From assembly GCA_947491545.1 (NCBI GenBank), contig CANLJX010000002.1:9147-73146 (forward strand): DNA of 64,000 nucleotides, in the 5' to 3' direction. The notes under the pieces are model-generated. The model was not told the DNA's origin, searched no databases, and saw only the letters and a list, made by a program, of their open reading frames with translations. This document shows, piece after piece, positions 43,861-53,567 of this stretch. This DNA comes from Deltaproteobacteria bacterium. GTDB taxonomy: Bacteria; Bdellovibrionota_C; UBA2361; OMII01. Each line of letters starts with the position of its first letter. Position 1 is the first letter of the stretch. A program made the translations under genes and the position numbers.

Positions 43861-44445
43861 TCAAGGTGCGCGCATTGAGGCGAGCTTAGAGTAGCGTGAG
43901 CCGCCCTCCGTTGGCTCCGAGCTGAACAGATCAACGGCACATACTGTAAGCTGTTCTGGGGGGATAGCGACTGCGGACAGCAGCTCCCGAGCGCCTCGAA
44001 GAGCCTCTGCGTCTCGAGCTCGGCCGAGTGTGATGTGTATCACCAGATCTTCCTGGGATGGTGTTATGCCGAAGGGGGCAAGGGTCGCGTCGACATGCTC
44101 TTCAAGGGTGCGCCATGAGCCGGAGGCGACCTCCGCCCCAGCCCACAAGATCCGCTCAGGGCCTTGATTGGGGAAGCAGCCGCAGCGCGTTAGCTGCAAC
44201 GTTGGCAGCGAGCCCGTGAGTGGTCGCGAGCCCCAGGAGCGGACTAGCTCGCCTACGCTCTCCTGCTTAAAGCTGCCGATAAAGCGCACGGTAGCGTGCA
44301 GGTTCTCTGGCAGCATCCACCGAACGCCGCTTGGAAAGCGTCGCATGAGCTTGCGTTGCAGCGCACTCAGCGCAGAGATCCAGCTTTCTGGCAGGGAGAC
44401 CGCAGCGAAGAGGCGCACCGTTTTTGGTTCGCTCGACCGCTGCAT
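43861..44445 (-). CDS. thpR: RNA 2',3'-cyclic phosphodiesterase (2H family, ThpR/LigT)
   Basis: Two HxT/Sx motifs: HATVRF and HITLGR. Confidence 0.8.
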   Translation of the reverse strand: MQRSSEPKTVRLFAAVSLPESWISALSALQRKLMRRFPSGVRWMLPENLHATVRFIGSFKQESVGELVRSWGSRPLTGSLPTLQLTRCGCFPNQGPERILWAGAEVASGSWRTLEEHVDATLAPFGITPSQEDLVIHITLGRARDAEALRGARELLSAVAIPPEQLTVCAVDLFSSEPTEGGSRYSKLASMRAP

Positions 44446-44453
44446 AGAAGGCT

Positions 44454-45782
44454 CTACTGGGGACCAGGCGACTCTACGACTGCGAGACCAGCCTCACGCA
44501 GTACTCGCCAGAAGGTTGGGAAAGACTTCTCAACGACGTGCGGCTCCTGAATCACGAGGTTCGCGATACGCGCACCCAGGATCGCAAACGACATCGCCAT
44601 GCGGTGGTCGTCGTAGGTGGCGATAGAGGCAGCGTGCGGCTCTCCGCCGTGCACCACGATGTAGTCTGGGCCAGGCTCGCTCGTTATCCCAAGCTTCGAG
44701 AGCTCGGTGTGCAGGGCAGCGATTCGGTCGGTCTCCTTCACGCGCAGCGTGCTTAGTCCTGTAATTCTAGTCTTACCCTTCGCAACGGCGGCGATTACAG
44801 CCAGCGTTTGCGCAGTGTCGGGCATGTTTGACATGTCGGCGTCGATGCCGAGCAGGGCAGGGGTGCCGGTGACCGTGACAGATCGCTCGCCTAGCGAGAC
44901 AGCACACCCCATCTGGGCTAGAAGCTGCGGGAACTGCACGTCGCCCTGAGCGGAGTGTGGGTTGATGTTGTGCACTGTGACCGTGCCTCCAGACACAGCC
45001 GCTAGGCCCCAGAGGTACGAAGCTCCAGAAGCGTCGCCCTCCACGTGATACTCCCGCGCCTGGAAACGTCCGCCATCGGTGCTGTAGGAACGATAGCCGT
45101 TGTTCCTGAACACAACTCCGAAATCAGCCACGCTCTGCAAGGTCATGTCTATGTACGACTTGGAGATCTGCTCGCCCTTGACCTGTACAGAGAGGGGCTG
45201 AGCATGCATCGGCGCTGTGAGGAGCAGGGCCGAGATAAACTGGCTGCTGACTGAGCCGTCGACTGTGACGGTGCCGCCCCGAAGCGGCTGCGGCGAGTGA
45301 ATTCGAAGTGGCGGGCAGCCAGGTGAGCCGAGGTAGTCGATCTCTGCTCCGAGCGAGCGCAGCGCTTCCACTAGCTCTCGGATCGGCCGAGCGTGCATCC
45401 GCTCCGTGCCGCGCAGGGTAATGTCAGCGCCTCGTATGCCGGCGCACAGGGCTGTCAGGAAGCGCATCGTCGTGCCGGCTGGCCCGACGTCGATCTCTCC
45501 CTTGAGAGGGGTGAAGCCGCCGCCTTGGCCCTCCACAACGAACACGTCGCTCCCTCCTTCTTTCTCCTCTCGCACCGTTACGCCAAGTTTCCGTAGCGCT
45601 GCAGCCATCGCCTCGCTGTCTGTGCTTGCAGAGGCCTGGTAAAGCCGGGAAACGCCCTCAGCCTGGGCTGCCATCAGCAGTGCTCGGTTCGTGTAGCTCT
45701 TTGAGCCAGGGATTGTTACTTCAGCGTGCAGTCGCGCCGAGGAAGAGGGAGATACGGAGAGATCACGCATGACGGCCTGCAC
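44454..45782 (-). CDS. aroA: 3-phosphoshikimate 1-carboxyvinyltransferase (EPSP synthase)
   Basis: IPGSKSYTNRALLMAAQAEG, LRVKETDRI, DDHRMAMSFAILG. Confidence 0.92.
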   Translation of the reverse strand: MQAVMRDLSVSPSSSARLHAEVTIPGSKSYTNRALLMAAQAEGVSRLYQASASTDSEAMAAALRKLGVTVREEKEGGSDVFVVEGQGGGFTPLKGEIDVGPAGTTMRFLTALCAGIRGADITLRGTERMHARPIRELVEALRSLGAEIDYLGSPGCPPLRIHSPQPLRGGTVTVDGSVSSQFISALLLTAPMHAQPLSVQVKGEQISKSYIDMTLQSVADFGVVFRNNGYRSYSTDGGRFQAREYHVEGDASGASYLWGLAAVSGGTVTVHNINPHSAQGDVQFPQLLAQMGCAVSLGERSVTVTGTPALLGIDADMSNMPDTAQTLAVIAAVAKGKTRITGLSTLRVKETDRIAALHTELSKLGITSEPGPDYIVVHGGEPHAASIATYDDHRMAMSFAILGARIANLVIQEPHVVEKSFPTFWRVLREAGLAVVESPGPQ

Positions 45783-46863
45783 CGGGTTGAATTAGCTCTA
45801 GCGCCTCTGAGAGGAGGGGTTCGCTGACGGTTCTGTCAAAGACCGACCGGCCAACCGCCTCAAGCAGGGCTAGCCGTAGCTCAGAGCCGACGTTCTTCTT
45901 GTCGCGGGTCATAAGGGAGCGCAACGCTGCGGGCGGCATTGCTGTGGGGAGAGAGACCGGCAGCCCTGCACGAGCGATTCCGTCTCTGGCACGCAGGAAG
46001 CACTGCTCTGAGATGAGCCCCGATCTCCACGAGAGGAACGATTCCCCGGCCATGCCAACGGCGACTGCCTCACCGTGGGTAAGAGAGATGCCGTGGTTGA
46101 GCGCATAGCTCTCGGCTGCGTGGCCGATTGAGTGCCCGAAGTTGAGGGTTTTGCGAAGCCCCTGCTCAGTCTCGTCTGCTTCAACAACCGCTTTCTTTAT
46201 CTCGCACGAGCGAAAGATGATCTCCGCAAGCTCATCGGCGCTCCACTCGGAGCAGTCACGCGAGGAGACGCGCTCAAAGTACGCGGCGTCAGCGATCAGT
46301 CCGTGCTTCAGAATCTCGGCGAAACCGGAGCGAATCTCGCGTGCTGGCAGGGTAGAGAGAGTGTCGACATCGACCACGATCCCAACCGGCTGCATTATCG
46401 AGCCGAGCAGGTTCTTCACCCCCATGAAGTTAATCCCAGTCTTACCGCCGATGCTGGCGTCCACCTGCGCAAGCAGGGTCGTCGGGACGTGCACGAACGG
46501 GATGCCCCGCATGTACGTTGCAGCAGCGAAGCCTGCCAGGTCGCTCAGCGCCCCGCCACCTGCTGTCACAACTAACGAGCGGCGGTCGAGCTTCTGCTCA
46601 ACGAAGAAGCGCCAGAGCGCCTCTAGCCCAGCTGTGTCCTTCATGCGCTCGCCGCCAGGGAGCAGGAGGGACCGGCTCTCTGGGAGCTTGAGCGCCGAGA
46701 GGATACGCGACACGGCGGACTTTGCCCCGTCGTCAGCCACAACCACGATCGAGGAGTAGCGAGTCGGCTCCACGAGGGTAGGGAGCTGCTCAAGGAGCCG
46801 CCTCCCTACCCAAAGTGGGGAGCAGCGCTCTACTCGCGCAACCTGGACTGTGAGCTGCTTCAT
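45763..46863 (-). CDS. aroB: 3-dehydroquinate synthase
   Basis: [54 protein letters not shown]. Confidence 0.92.
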   Translation of the reverse strand: MKQLTVQVARVERCSPLWVGRRLLEQLPTLVEPTRYSSIVVVADDGAKSAVSRILSALKLPESRSLLLPGGERMKDTAGLEALWRFFVEQKLDRRSLVVTAGGGALSDLAGFAAATYMRGIPFVHVPTTLLAQVDASIGGKTGINFMGVKNLLGSIMQPVGIVVDVDTLSTLPAREIRSGFAEILKHGLIADAAYFERVSSRDCSEWSADELAEIIFRSCEIKKAVVEADETEQGLRKTLNFGHSIGHAAESYALNHGISLTHGEAVAVGMAGESFLSWRSGLISEQCFLRARDGIARAGLPVSLPTAMPPAALRSLMTRDKKNVGSELRLALLEAVGRSVFDRTVSEPLLSEALELIQPGAGRHA

Positions 46864-48989
46864 GCCGATACCTGAATCTTTCGCAGGTCATCCATGAGCT
46901 TCTCAAACTGCGGGAAGAGCAGCGCCTGAGGCCCGTCACTGAGCGCCTTCTCCGGCTCCGGATGGAACTCCACGATGATGCCATCAGCACCAACCGCCTT
47001 GGCTGCCAGTGCGAGCGGGATGACGAGATCCCTAACGCCGGCGGCGTGCGACGGGTCGATGAACACCGGAAGGTGGGTGCGCTTCTTGAGCACCGGCACC
47101 GCACTGATGTCGAGTGTGCCACGGGTAGCAGTCTCGAAGGTTCGGATGCCGCGCTCACACAGGAACACCTGCTGGTTTCCGCCCGCGAGGATGTACTCAG
47201 TCGCCTGCAGCACCTCCTCAATCGATGAGCTCATGCCACGCTTTAGCATTACTGGGCGCCGGATCTGTCCAACCGCCTTGAGCAAGCTAAAGTTCTGCAT
47301 GTTGCGCGCGCCGATCTGGATGATGTCAGCCTTCTCAGCCACGCGCTCAACATCCTCAGTCGTCATGACCTCGGTTATGACCGGCATTCCGACCGAGCGT
47401 CCTGCCTCAACCAGCAGGTCGAGCCCCTCGTATCCCATGCCCTGGAAACTGTACGGCGAGGTGCGCGGCTTGAACACGCCACCACGCAGGATCTTCGCCC
47501 CATGGTTGCGGGCCTGCCTGGCGCACGACATGATCTGATCGCGCGACTCAACCGAGCAGGGACCGGCGATGACAAGGAAGTTTCCGTCGCCTATCTTTAC
47601 GCCACCCACGTCAATGACGGTGTTAGTTGGCTTGTGCTCGCGAGTCACGAGCCTGTATCCCTTGTCTTTTCCTCCGGCAGGCTTCGGAGCAGTAGGCTCC
47701 TTGACCTCGACCGGGCAGGCTGCCGGCTCTGGCTGGCTCGCCGCAGCGGCTTCGGCTGAATCAACCAGGGTCGGCTGGACATCACAGGCAGGGAAGCACC
47801 CGAGCACCTTGATGAAGCGCACGAGCTTGGTCAGCTCGGCGATGGCCGCCTTGGAAGCTTCCGAGTCTAGGTTTCCGGCGAAATCGATGTAGAACATCTC
47901 TTCCCAGGAGTTTCCTGGCACCGGACGGCTCTCAAGCTTTGTGAGGTTGATGCCGTGGCTCTTGAACACGCTCAACGCCTCGACGAGCGCCCCGGGCTTG
48001 TCGAGCGTGTGCACCACGATCGCAGTCTTGCTCGGTATGCGCTGGTCAACCTTGCGCGGCTGCTTCGCAATCACGATGAAGCGCGTGAAGTTCTCCTCCT
48101 GGCTTGCGATCTGTCGCTTCAAGACAGTCAGCCCAAACATCTCAGCCGCTTCCGAGCTAGCGATCGCAGCCTCGGTCGCGCCGCCCTGGCGAGCGCGCTT
48201 TGCGCCGATTGCGGAGTCAACCGCAAACTCAACGCGGCACTCAGGCAGCGAAGCAAGGAACGATGCGCATTCTGATACTGCGAGCGGAGTAGCGTAGATG
48301 CGCTCAAGGTGAGATATCGACGCGCCCGCCGTGCCGACTAGGCAGGGGCTCGTGCTTACCTTCTCTTCTCCCACGATAGAGACGCGCGAGTTGAGCAGCA
48401 GGTCGTACACCTCGTTTATCCCGCCAGAGGTCGTATTCTCAATCGGCAGCACGGCGTAGTCGCAGCTGCCCGACTCAACCGCGCGCACGGCCTCTAGGTG
48501 AGTTGGGAAGCCGACGAACGTCGGCTCCGAGCCGCGAGCTGAGGACTGAGAGCCAGGGGAGGAGAGAAAGCTCCTGCCTGCAAGGTGGCAGAAGGACCCC
48601 TCGATCCCGCGGAAGGCGACCTTGGTAGAGCTGCTTAGCAGCGCAGAGCCGTTCAGGCGCGCCTGCAGGTAGTCTTGCTGAGTGCGAACTCCTTCGGCGA
48701 TTACCTCGTGAAAAACGCTCGTCACAAACTGCGGGTCGAGGCCCAAGGTGCGGCCCTCCGAGATGCGCTGCCGCAGCAGCTGCTCCTCGCGCGAGATGTC
48801 GCGCACGGCGCTCCTCTGCTCGTCTTTTGCTTCTGCCACCTGCACAGTCAGCGACTTGCGCTGCGCCAGGAGCGAGAGGATCTCGTTGTCTAGCTTGTCG
48901 ATCTCTGAGCGAATGCCTGAAATCTCTGGGGATGTTTTCTCGTTTGTTGCCATAACTTCTGTGCTCCTAAAATTCTGTGCCTCTGCCAT
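46860..48989 (-). CDS. Multidomain fusion: chorismate mutase (AroQ) - prephenate dehydratase - ACT - type Ibeta DAHP synthase
   Basis: CM domain: [25 protein letters not shown] domain: [14 protein letters not shown]...[21 protein letters not shown] domain: [36 protein letters not shown] Pro/Ala linker follows. DAHPS domain: [15 protein letters not shown]...[19 protein letters not shown]...[10 protein letters not shown]. Confidence 0.88.
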   Translation of the reverse strand: MAEAQNFRSTEVMATNEKTSPEISGIRSEIDKLDNEILSLLAQRKSLTVQVAEAKDEQRSAVRDISREEQLLRQRISEGRTLGLDPQFVTSVFHEVIAEGVRTQQDYLQARLNGSALLSSSTKVAFRGIEGSFCHLAGRSFLSSPGSQSSARGSEPTFVGFPTHLEAVRAVESGSCDYAVLPIENTTSGGINEVYDLLLNSRVSIVGEEKVSTSPCLVGTAGASISHLERIYATPLAVSECASFLASLPECRVEFAVDSAIGAKRARQGGATEAAIASSEAAEMFGLTVLKRQIASQEENFTRFIVIAKQPRKVDQRIPSKTAIVVHTLDKPGALVEALSVFKSHGINLTKLESRPVPGNSWEEMFYIDFAGNLDSEASKAAIAELTKLVRFIKVLGCFPACDVQPTLVDSAEAAAASQPEPAACPVEVKEPTAPKPAGGKDKGYRLVTREHKPTNTVIDVGGVKIGDGNFLVIAGPCSVESRDQIMSCARQARNHGAKILRGGVFKPRTSPYSFQGMGYEGLDLLVEAGRSVGMPVITEVMTTEDVERVAEKADIIQIGARNMQNFSLLKAVGQIRRPVMLKRGMSSSIEEVLQATEYILAGGNQQVFLCERGIRTFETATRGTLDISAVPVLKKRTHLPVFIDPSHAAGVRDLVIPLALAAKAVGADGIIVEFHPEPEKALSDGPQALLFPQFEKLMDDLRKIQVSA

Positions 48990-49900
48990 TACTGCCGATT
49001 CTCAACGAAGGTGAGGAACCTTCGATACGCCGCAGTGCGGCCACGCACCGCATCGAGGTACGCTGACTTAATCTCAAGCGACACCGGGCCCGGCTTGCCG
49101 TTGCCGAGCATCTGGTCGTTGATGATTCCGATAGGCGTGATCTCGCACGCCGTTCCGGAGAAGAACGCCTCGTCTGCTGTTACCGCTTCGGCAAGAGAGA
49201 GCGGGCGCTCGGTAACCGCAAAGCCGCGCTCGCTGGCGATCTCAAGCACCGTGGCGCGCGTTATGCCAGCCAGGATCGCCCCGAGTGGGGGAGTGAGGAT
49301 CTCGCGGTTCTTCACCATGAAGAAGTTCTCGCCCGGCCCCTCGGCGATATTGCCGTTTGAGTCGAGGAAGAGCGCCTCGTCGTACTTCGTGCCGCGCAGC
49401 TCCAGGATCGCCATGATGCTGTTGACGTAGTGACCACAGATCTTGGCATCCGCGACGGTCGAGTCTGGGTGTATGCGGATAAACCTGCTGACCTTGATGT
49501 TGGCAGCTTCCACCGGCAGGTACGCGCCCCACGGCCAGCAAGCGATGATGAGCTGCACCGGTGAGTTGCGCGGGTTAACCCCCATCACGCCGTAGCCGTG
49601 AATTGCGAGAGGGCGAACGTACCCTTCTTCGAGCTTGTTGGCGCGCAACGTGTCGCAGATGGCGGTGCATACCTGCGCTGGAGCGTAGGGCAGCTCCATG
49701 CCGAGAGCCTGAGCAGAGTAGAAGAGGCGGTCGACGTGCTCGGTCAAGCGGAAGACGGCCGGCCCCTGGTCAGTCTTGTAGGCGCGGATGCCTTCGAAGG
49801 CCCCATCTCCGTAGTGGAGCGAGTGCGCCAGGACGTGCACCTTCGCGTCAGCCCATGGCACGAGCTTTCCGTCCATCCAGATACTTTCAGTCTCTTGCAT
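48989..49900 (-). CDS. ilvE: Branched-chain-amino-acid aminotransferase (class IV)
   Basis: [35 protein letters not shown]...; GAGENFFMV-type motif [14 protein letters not shown] stop/start overlap with the next gene. Confidence 0.9.
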   Translation of the reverse strand: MQETESIWMDGKLVPWADAKVHVLAHSLHYGDGAFEGIRAYKTDQGPAVFRLTEHVDRLFYSAQALGMELPYAPAQVCTAICDTLRANKLEEGYVRPLAIHGYGVMGVNPRNSPVQLIIACWPWGAYLPVEAANIKVSRFIRIHPDSTVADAKICGHYVNSIMAILELRGTKYDEALFLDSNGNIAEGPGENFFMVKNREILTPPLGAILAGITRATVLEIASERGFAVTERPLSLAEAVTADEAFFSGTACEITPIGIINDQMLGNGKPGPVSLEIKSAYLDAVRGRTAAYRRFLTFVENRQ

Positions 49901-49933
49901 CTTCGAAACTCCTCAGTCGTGTCTTCAAAGCAC

Positions 49934-49964
49934 AAAAAAAAAGGCCCCGCGAAACCGCAGAGCC
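49934..49964 (-). terminator. Intrinsic terminator in the ilvE leader (attenuator)
   Basis: Minus strand GGCTCTGC-GGTTTC-GCGGGGCC (8-bp stem including 2 G:U) followed by T9. It ends ~33 nt before the ilvE ATG. Confidence 0.6.
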
Positions 49965-49996
49965 TCCTAATCCAGTAAACACCGGCGCTCTGCCCC

Positions 49997-50041
49997 CTAT
50001 GAGCCTCTAAAGTAGAAAAGCGGGAACGCGCGGTTGTTCAT
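49997..50041 (-). CDS. Candidate attenuator leader peptide MNNRAFPLFYFRGS (3 Phe + 1 Tyr in 14 aa)
   Basis: Not in ORF track (too short). ATG 50041, TAG 49999-49997. It lies between a candidate promoter and an intrinsic terminator, directly upstream of the ilvE-Phe/shikimate operon. Confidence 0.5.
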   Translation of the reverse strand: MNNRAFPLFYFRGS

Positions 50042-50047
50042 ACAGGC

Positions 50048-50076
50048 AACTTAGCGGGGCAGGGACCTAAAAGCAA
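50048..50076 (-). promoter_or_regulatory. Candidate sigma70-type promoter for the leader/ilvE operon
   Basis: Minus strand TTGCTT-17 nt-TAAGTT, ending 6 nt before the leader ATG. This implies a leaderless or near-leaderless leader-peptide mRNA, consistent with the absent SD. Confidence 0.3.
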
Positions 50077-50108
50077 GAGAGGGAGCGCTTAGGCTCCCTC
50101 TCTTGCTT
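50071..50108 (-). terminator. Intrinsic terminator of the upstream secreted-protein gene
   Basis: Perfect 16-bp stem AAGCAAGAGAGGGAGC / GCTCCCTCTCTTGCTT with a 6-nt loop, followed on the minus strand by TT(A). Confidence 0.6.
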
Positions 50109-50130
50109 TACAGGGAATTTCCTCGCGGAG

Positions 50131-50673
50131 TTACAGCGCGTTGCCAGTACGACCGAGTGGGCGGACCTTGTAGCAGGCCGTGTTGCCGGCAGTCTTTCTT
50201 GTCTGCAAGTAGACGAAGCCGTCGCGGCCACCGCGCCTCGAGGTCCTATAGATCTGGTTTATGAAGCACTGCGGTGCGCCACCCGCTGCACAGTATGCAC
50301 GAGCCTTTCCGGTCACGTTCCAGGCGCCGTAGTAACCAACCAGACCGGCGAGGGTTCCATCGGAGTAGTAGAATGCCATTGGGAACTTCGGGCATATCTG
50401 GTTGCAGATGAAGGTTGGGCCCGTGGCACGCGGGTCGCCCGGATTGATGTGGTTCGAGATCTCTGACTTCCACAGGAACTCGCGGCCGGTTACCTGCCGG
50501 ATCGTGCCGCAAACATTGGACAGGTTGGCAACGCCAGCAGTCGGGTCTCCGGCACGGGACATCCTTTGCAGTGAGCGAGTGCTCAAACCGTCCTGAGCCT
50601 GAGACGATACCGGCGCGAAAGCGATTGCCGCGAGAACGAGGACTGAGCAGATACGAGCAGCCTTGGTGAGCAT
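50131..50673 (-). CDS. Secreted hypothetical protein
   Basis: ORF 50131..50763. Start at MLTKAARICSVLVLAAIAFAPVSSQAQ (signal peptide). 8 Cys in the mature part. Confidence 0.5.
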   Translation of the reverse strand: MLTKAARICSVLVLAAIAFAPVSSQAQDGLSTRSLQRMSRAGDPTAGVANLSNVCGTIRQVTGREFLWKSEISNHINPGDPRATGPTFICNQICPKFPMAFYYSDGTLAGLVGYYGAWNVTGKARAYCAAGGAPQCFINQIYRTSRRGGRDGFVYLQTRKTAGNTACYKVRPLGRTGNAL

Positions 50674-51146
50674 TGTGACACCCTTTGTTTTAACCACGTT
50701 TACGTTGAGCGGGTAGCGCCTCGTGAGCGTGCTACCCTGCGGAGCGTCCGGTTCGTTTGCCACTTCGTCCAGTAACCCGACACCCAGGTGACCGGCGAAT
50801 TCCCCTGTGGGAAACGGATGCGCCCTATCTCTCTAATGTACTGGCACCGGTACAGCCCTGCAAGGCTAAGATCCTGCGACCCTTAGGAGCGTATTAAACG
50901 AAGAATTATTGCTGGAGACAAATCGCGCCCACCGGCTCCGGCAATGTGCCGTACGAACTAGCGAAATTTGAGATGACGCGCCGTATCCTCGAATGAGTAT
51001 TAGGAGGCTGCAAAACGGTTTTAGCCTGCTGTTTTCGCCTGAGAGGGGAGATGAAGGGGCAAGTTCCTGTCCTGAAACAAAAAGAGGTCCCAGCTCGCTT
51101 ATCCGTTGTCCTTAGACAACAGACCGGGCCTCAAGCCCTGCGAGGC

Positions 51147-52163
51147 CTAATTCGTTGCAGCGTAATCTCGCACCGCAATGCTCCGAGCGAGTTTCGCGGC
51201 GCTCTTGAGGATTGATGCGCGCTCCTCCCGAAAGAGGGAGGCCCACAACTCCCTGGCCACGGGAGAGGCTTGCTTCGCCTCTTGCAGCGCTTCGCGCAGC
51301 GCCGGCTTGAACATCACCAGCGGCGGCTGAGAAAGCGGTGACTTTGCGAGAAGCGCAGATATGCTCGGCAGGGCATTCTGGGCGGTTTTTATGCCGAGGG
51401 TGTTGATGAGCTCGCCGATCGGTCCCTCGGTTTTGTACAGCTCGAACTGGAAGTGGGCCGTGTGCATGCGGGTATCGCGGAAGGTGGCGAGCGTTGTGGC
51501 GAGAGCCAGTCGCAGGAAATCCTCTGCCGCGTGCTGCAATGGAAGCAGCGAGCCCAAATGAGCGATCCCTTCCACGCTCCGCGCGATGCTCTCTACTCCA
51601 TCGCGAAGCTCCACTAGAGCTGGGCTAGCATGTGACTGCACCGTCCCTGAAACGACCGGCCGATCGGCGGCATCGATAGTGCCTCGTGGCGCAAGGTTGA
51701 CCCGATCCGGAAAGCGATGCAGCAGGGACACCGCGGCGTTGTGTCCGGCGGTCTTCGCTGCAGAGCAGAGCGTGTCTCGTAGCGGCAGCAGGTAGGTTAC
51801 AGAGTCGGCGCCATACGTGCGCCAATCGACAACCTCGACGGTGCCCTTTGGGGTGAGACCAGGCTGTTGCGCCAGTGCCTCCGCCATACGGATGAAGCCC
51901 GGCTTCGCTTGGTTGGCGCTTACGAGCGTAGCCGTCGAGAAGACTCCACGAGCGAGCCAGCGGCCGGTGATAATCACGCGCTCGCTTGAACTGTTTGTCG
52001 GGCGCGGCATAGCGATCGGTTCTGGCAGCGACTCGTACAGCCATGCGCCCCGCGAACTCATCAGATGGCTCTGGGCTCGGGCGCAAGCAGAGGCGAGTTC
52101 TCGCTCGGCACCATTGAGCGGAGGTGGGACAGCCGGAGTTGTTTTTTGATTTTTTGAGAACAT
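51147..52163 (-). CDS. Hypothetical protein
   Basis: 338-aa ORF with no recognisable domain. Confidence 0.45.
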   Translation of the reverse strand: MFSKNQKTTPAVPPPLNGAERELASACARAQSHLMSSRGAWLYESLPEPIAMPRPTNSSSERVIITGRWLARGVFSTATLVSANQAKPGFIRMAEALAQQPGLTPKGTVEVVDWRTYGADSVTYLLPLRDTLCSAAKTAGHNAAVSLLHRFPDRVNLAPRGTIDAADRPVVSGTVQSHASPALVELRDGVESIARSVEGIAHLGSLLPLQHAAEDFLRLALATTLATFRDTRMHTAHFQFELYKTEGPIGELINTLGIKTAQNALPSISALLAKSPLSQPPLVMFKPALREALQEAKQASPVARELWASLFREERASILKSAAKLARSIAVRDYAATN

Positions 52164-52319
52164 GCTGATTAGCGGACGCTACCACAACGACTAAGCCTGC
52201 AACAGCGTTTGAGGCCATCCCGTTTAGTTGGATCGGGGGTAAGCGACCTCATACGCGGCAAAGATGAACTAGGGAAGGATGCGCGCCACACGACAACCAA
52301 TTCAGTGGAGGAGCGCGAG

Positions 52320-53474
52320 ATGATAGGGGATGCAAAGAGGCAGCGAGCAACGGCAGCGTTGTGTCTGGTGGCGAGTTTCTGGAGCCTCTCTGCGCATGCA
52401 GATGGAAAGGCAACCGAGTTCTACTACCAAGAGAACCAGCAACGGTTCGTGATTCAGCCACAGGACGCGCGCATGGTGGGACTCGCCGGCAGTACGGCTC
52501 TCACAACTTCGGGCAGCATCAGCACGGTGACTAACCCGGCTGGTCTCGGCCTCATGAAGCAAGCAGACGCTTCACTCAGCTACGGGCACAACGAAATCAG
52601 TGGCAACACTTACCCTGGTGGTGAGGGGATAAAAGATAGCCAGAACTCTGGACAGGTGTACGGCGCGGTGCCGCTCGGTCCGGTCAAAGATGCGCTGCCT
52701 GATTACGGAAACCTCGGATTCGGCTGGTACGGCCGGGGCGGGGATTGGTCGGGAGATCCTGACAACACCGACACTGGCACCTACCAGGTCTCTGCCGCGT
52801 ACGCAAAGGCGATCGGCGACAAGATGGCACTCGGCTACGGGCTCACCTACCAGAACGACTCAGTCGATGGCGACACTGTAGAGTACGACTCAACTAACAG
52901 CTTTCTTCAGACGCTCGGGCTTCAGGTGCAAGACTCAGAGGACCTGACGTTCGGCGGATTGGTGAGCTTCGGGTTCGGTGATCATACGGTCAAGAACCGC
53001 CTCACCCCCGAGCGCGATCAGAGTGTCGATCAGTTTTCGTTCGGTGTTGGGGGAGGGGTGGAGTACGCCAGCGGGTCCACATCTCTCGCAGGAGGCGTCG
53101 ATTACACCTACTACCAAAACAGCGGCAACAACGAGATCGTCGACACGTCAGTGTGGGGCGGGGATTCCACAGCGAACGCGATGAACGTTCGGTTCGGAAT
53201 CGAGGAGCGGGTGCTCGATTGGCTCGCACTGCGAGTTGGATACCTGTACGCAGCCAACTTTAAGTGGGACTACGATCGCGAGTATCTAAACGACTTGAGC
53301 GGCTCGGCTACGTACAATTCAGTAACGATGGGAGCAGGGCTCAACTACACCTTCGACCAAGACTCGATGATCCAGGCGATCAAGGCTGACTACGGAGCGC
53401 AGTACCGAGATATCGGTGATGGCGACTGGCTACACATGGTTACCCTAGGCACTCCTTTCGATATCTGTTTGTAA
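52320..53474 (+). CDS. Putative outer-membrane beta-barrel protein
   Basis: ORF 52209..53474. Start at MIGDAKRQ (GGAGGA RBS). Signal peptide ...SLSAHA, alternating beta-strand pattern, aromatic-rich C-terminus. Confidence 0.55.
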   Translation: MIGDAKRQRATAALCLVASFWSLSAHADGKATEFYYQENQQRFVIQPQDARMVGLAGSTALTTSGSISTVTNPAGLGLMKQADASLSYGHNEISGNTYPGGEGIKDSQNSGQVYGAVPLGPVKDALPDYGNLGFGWYGRGGDWSGDPDNTDTGTYQVSAAYAKAIGDKMALGYGLTYQNDSVDGDTVEYDSTNSFLQTLGLQVQDSEDLTFGGLVSFGFGDHTVKNRLTPERDQSVDQFSFGVGGGVEYASGSTSLAGGVDYTYYQNSGNNEIVDTSVWGGDSTANAMNVRFGIEERVLDWLALRVGYLYAANFKWDYDREYLNDLSGSATYNSVTMGAGLNYTFDQDSMIQAIKADYGAQYRDIGDGDWLHMVTLGTPFDICL

Positions 53475-53479
53475 TACTA

Positions 53480-53545
53480 GTTCCCGGTGCCGGAACCCGA
53501 GCAGTCTCGTAGCCGGCACCGGGAACGGCCCCGGTTCCGGCTCCG
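53480..53545. repeat. Family C CCGG-rich GC repeat with perfect 14-bp hairpin
   Basis: GTTCCCGGTGCCGG-19 nt-CCGGCACCGGGAAC, then GGCCCCGGTTCCGGCTCCG. It lies between convergent genes, 6 nt after the OMP stop. Confidence 0.7.
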
Positions 53546-53567
53546 TGCGCAGCGCTCATCCGCAAAA

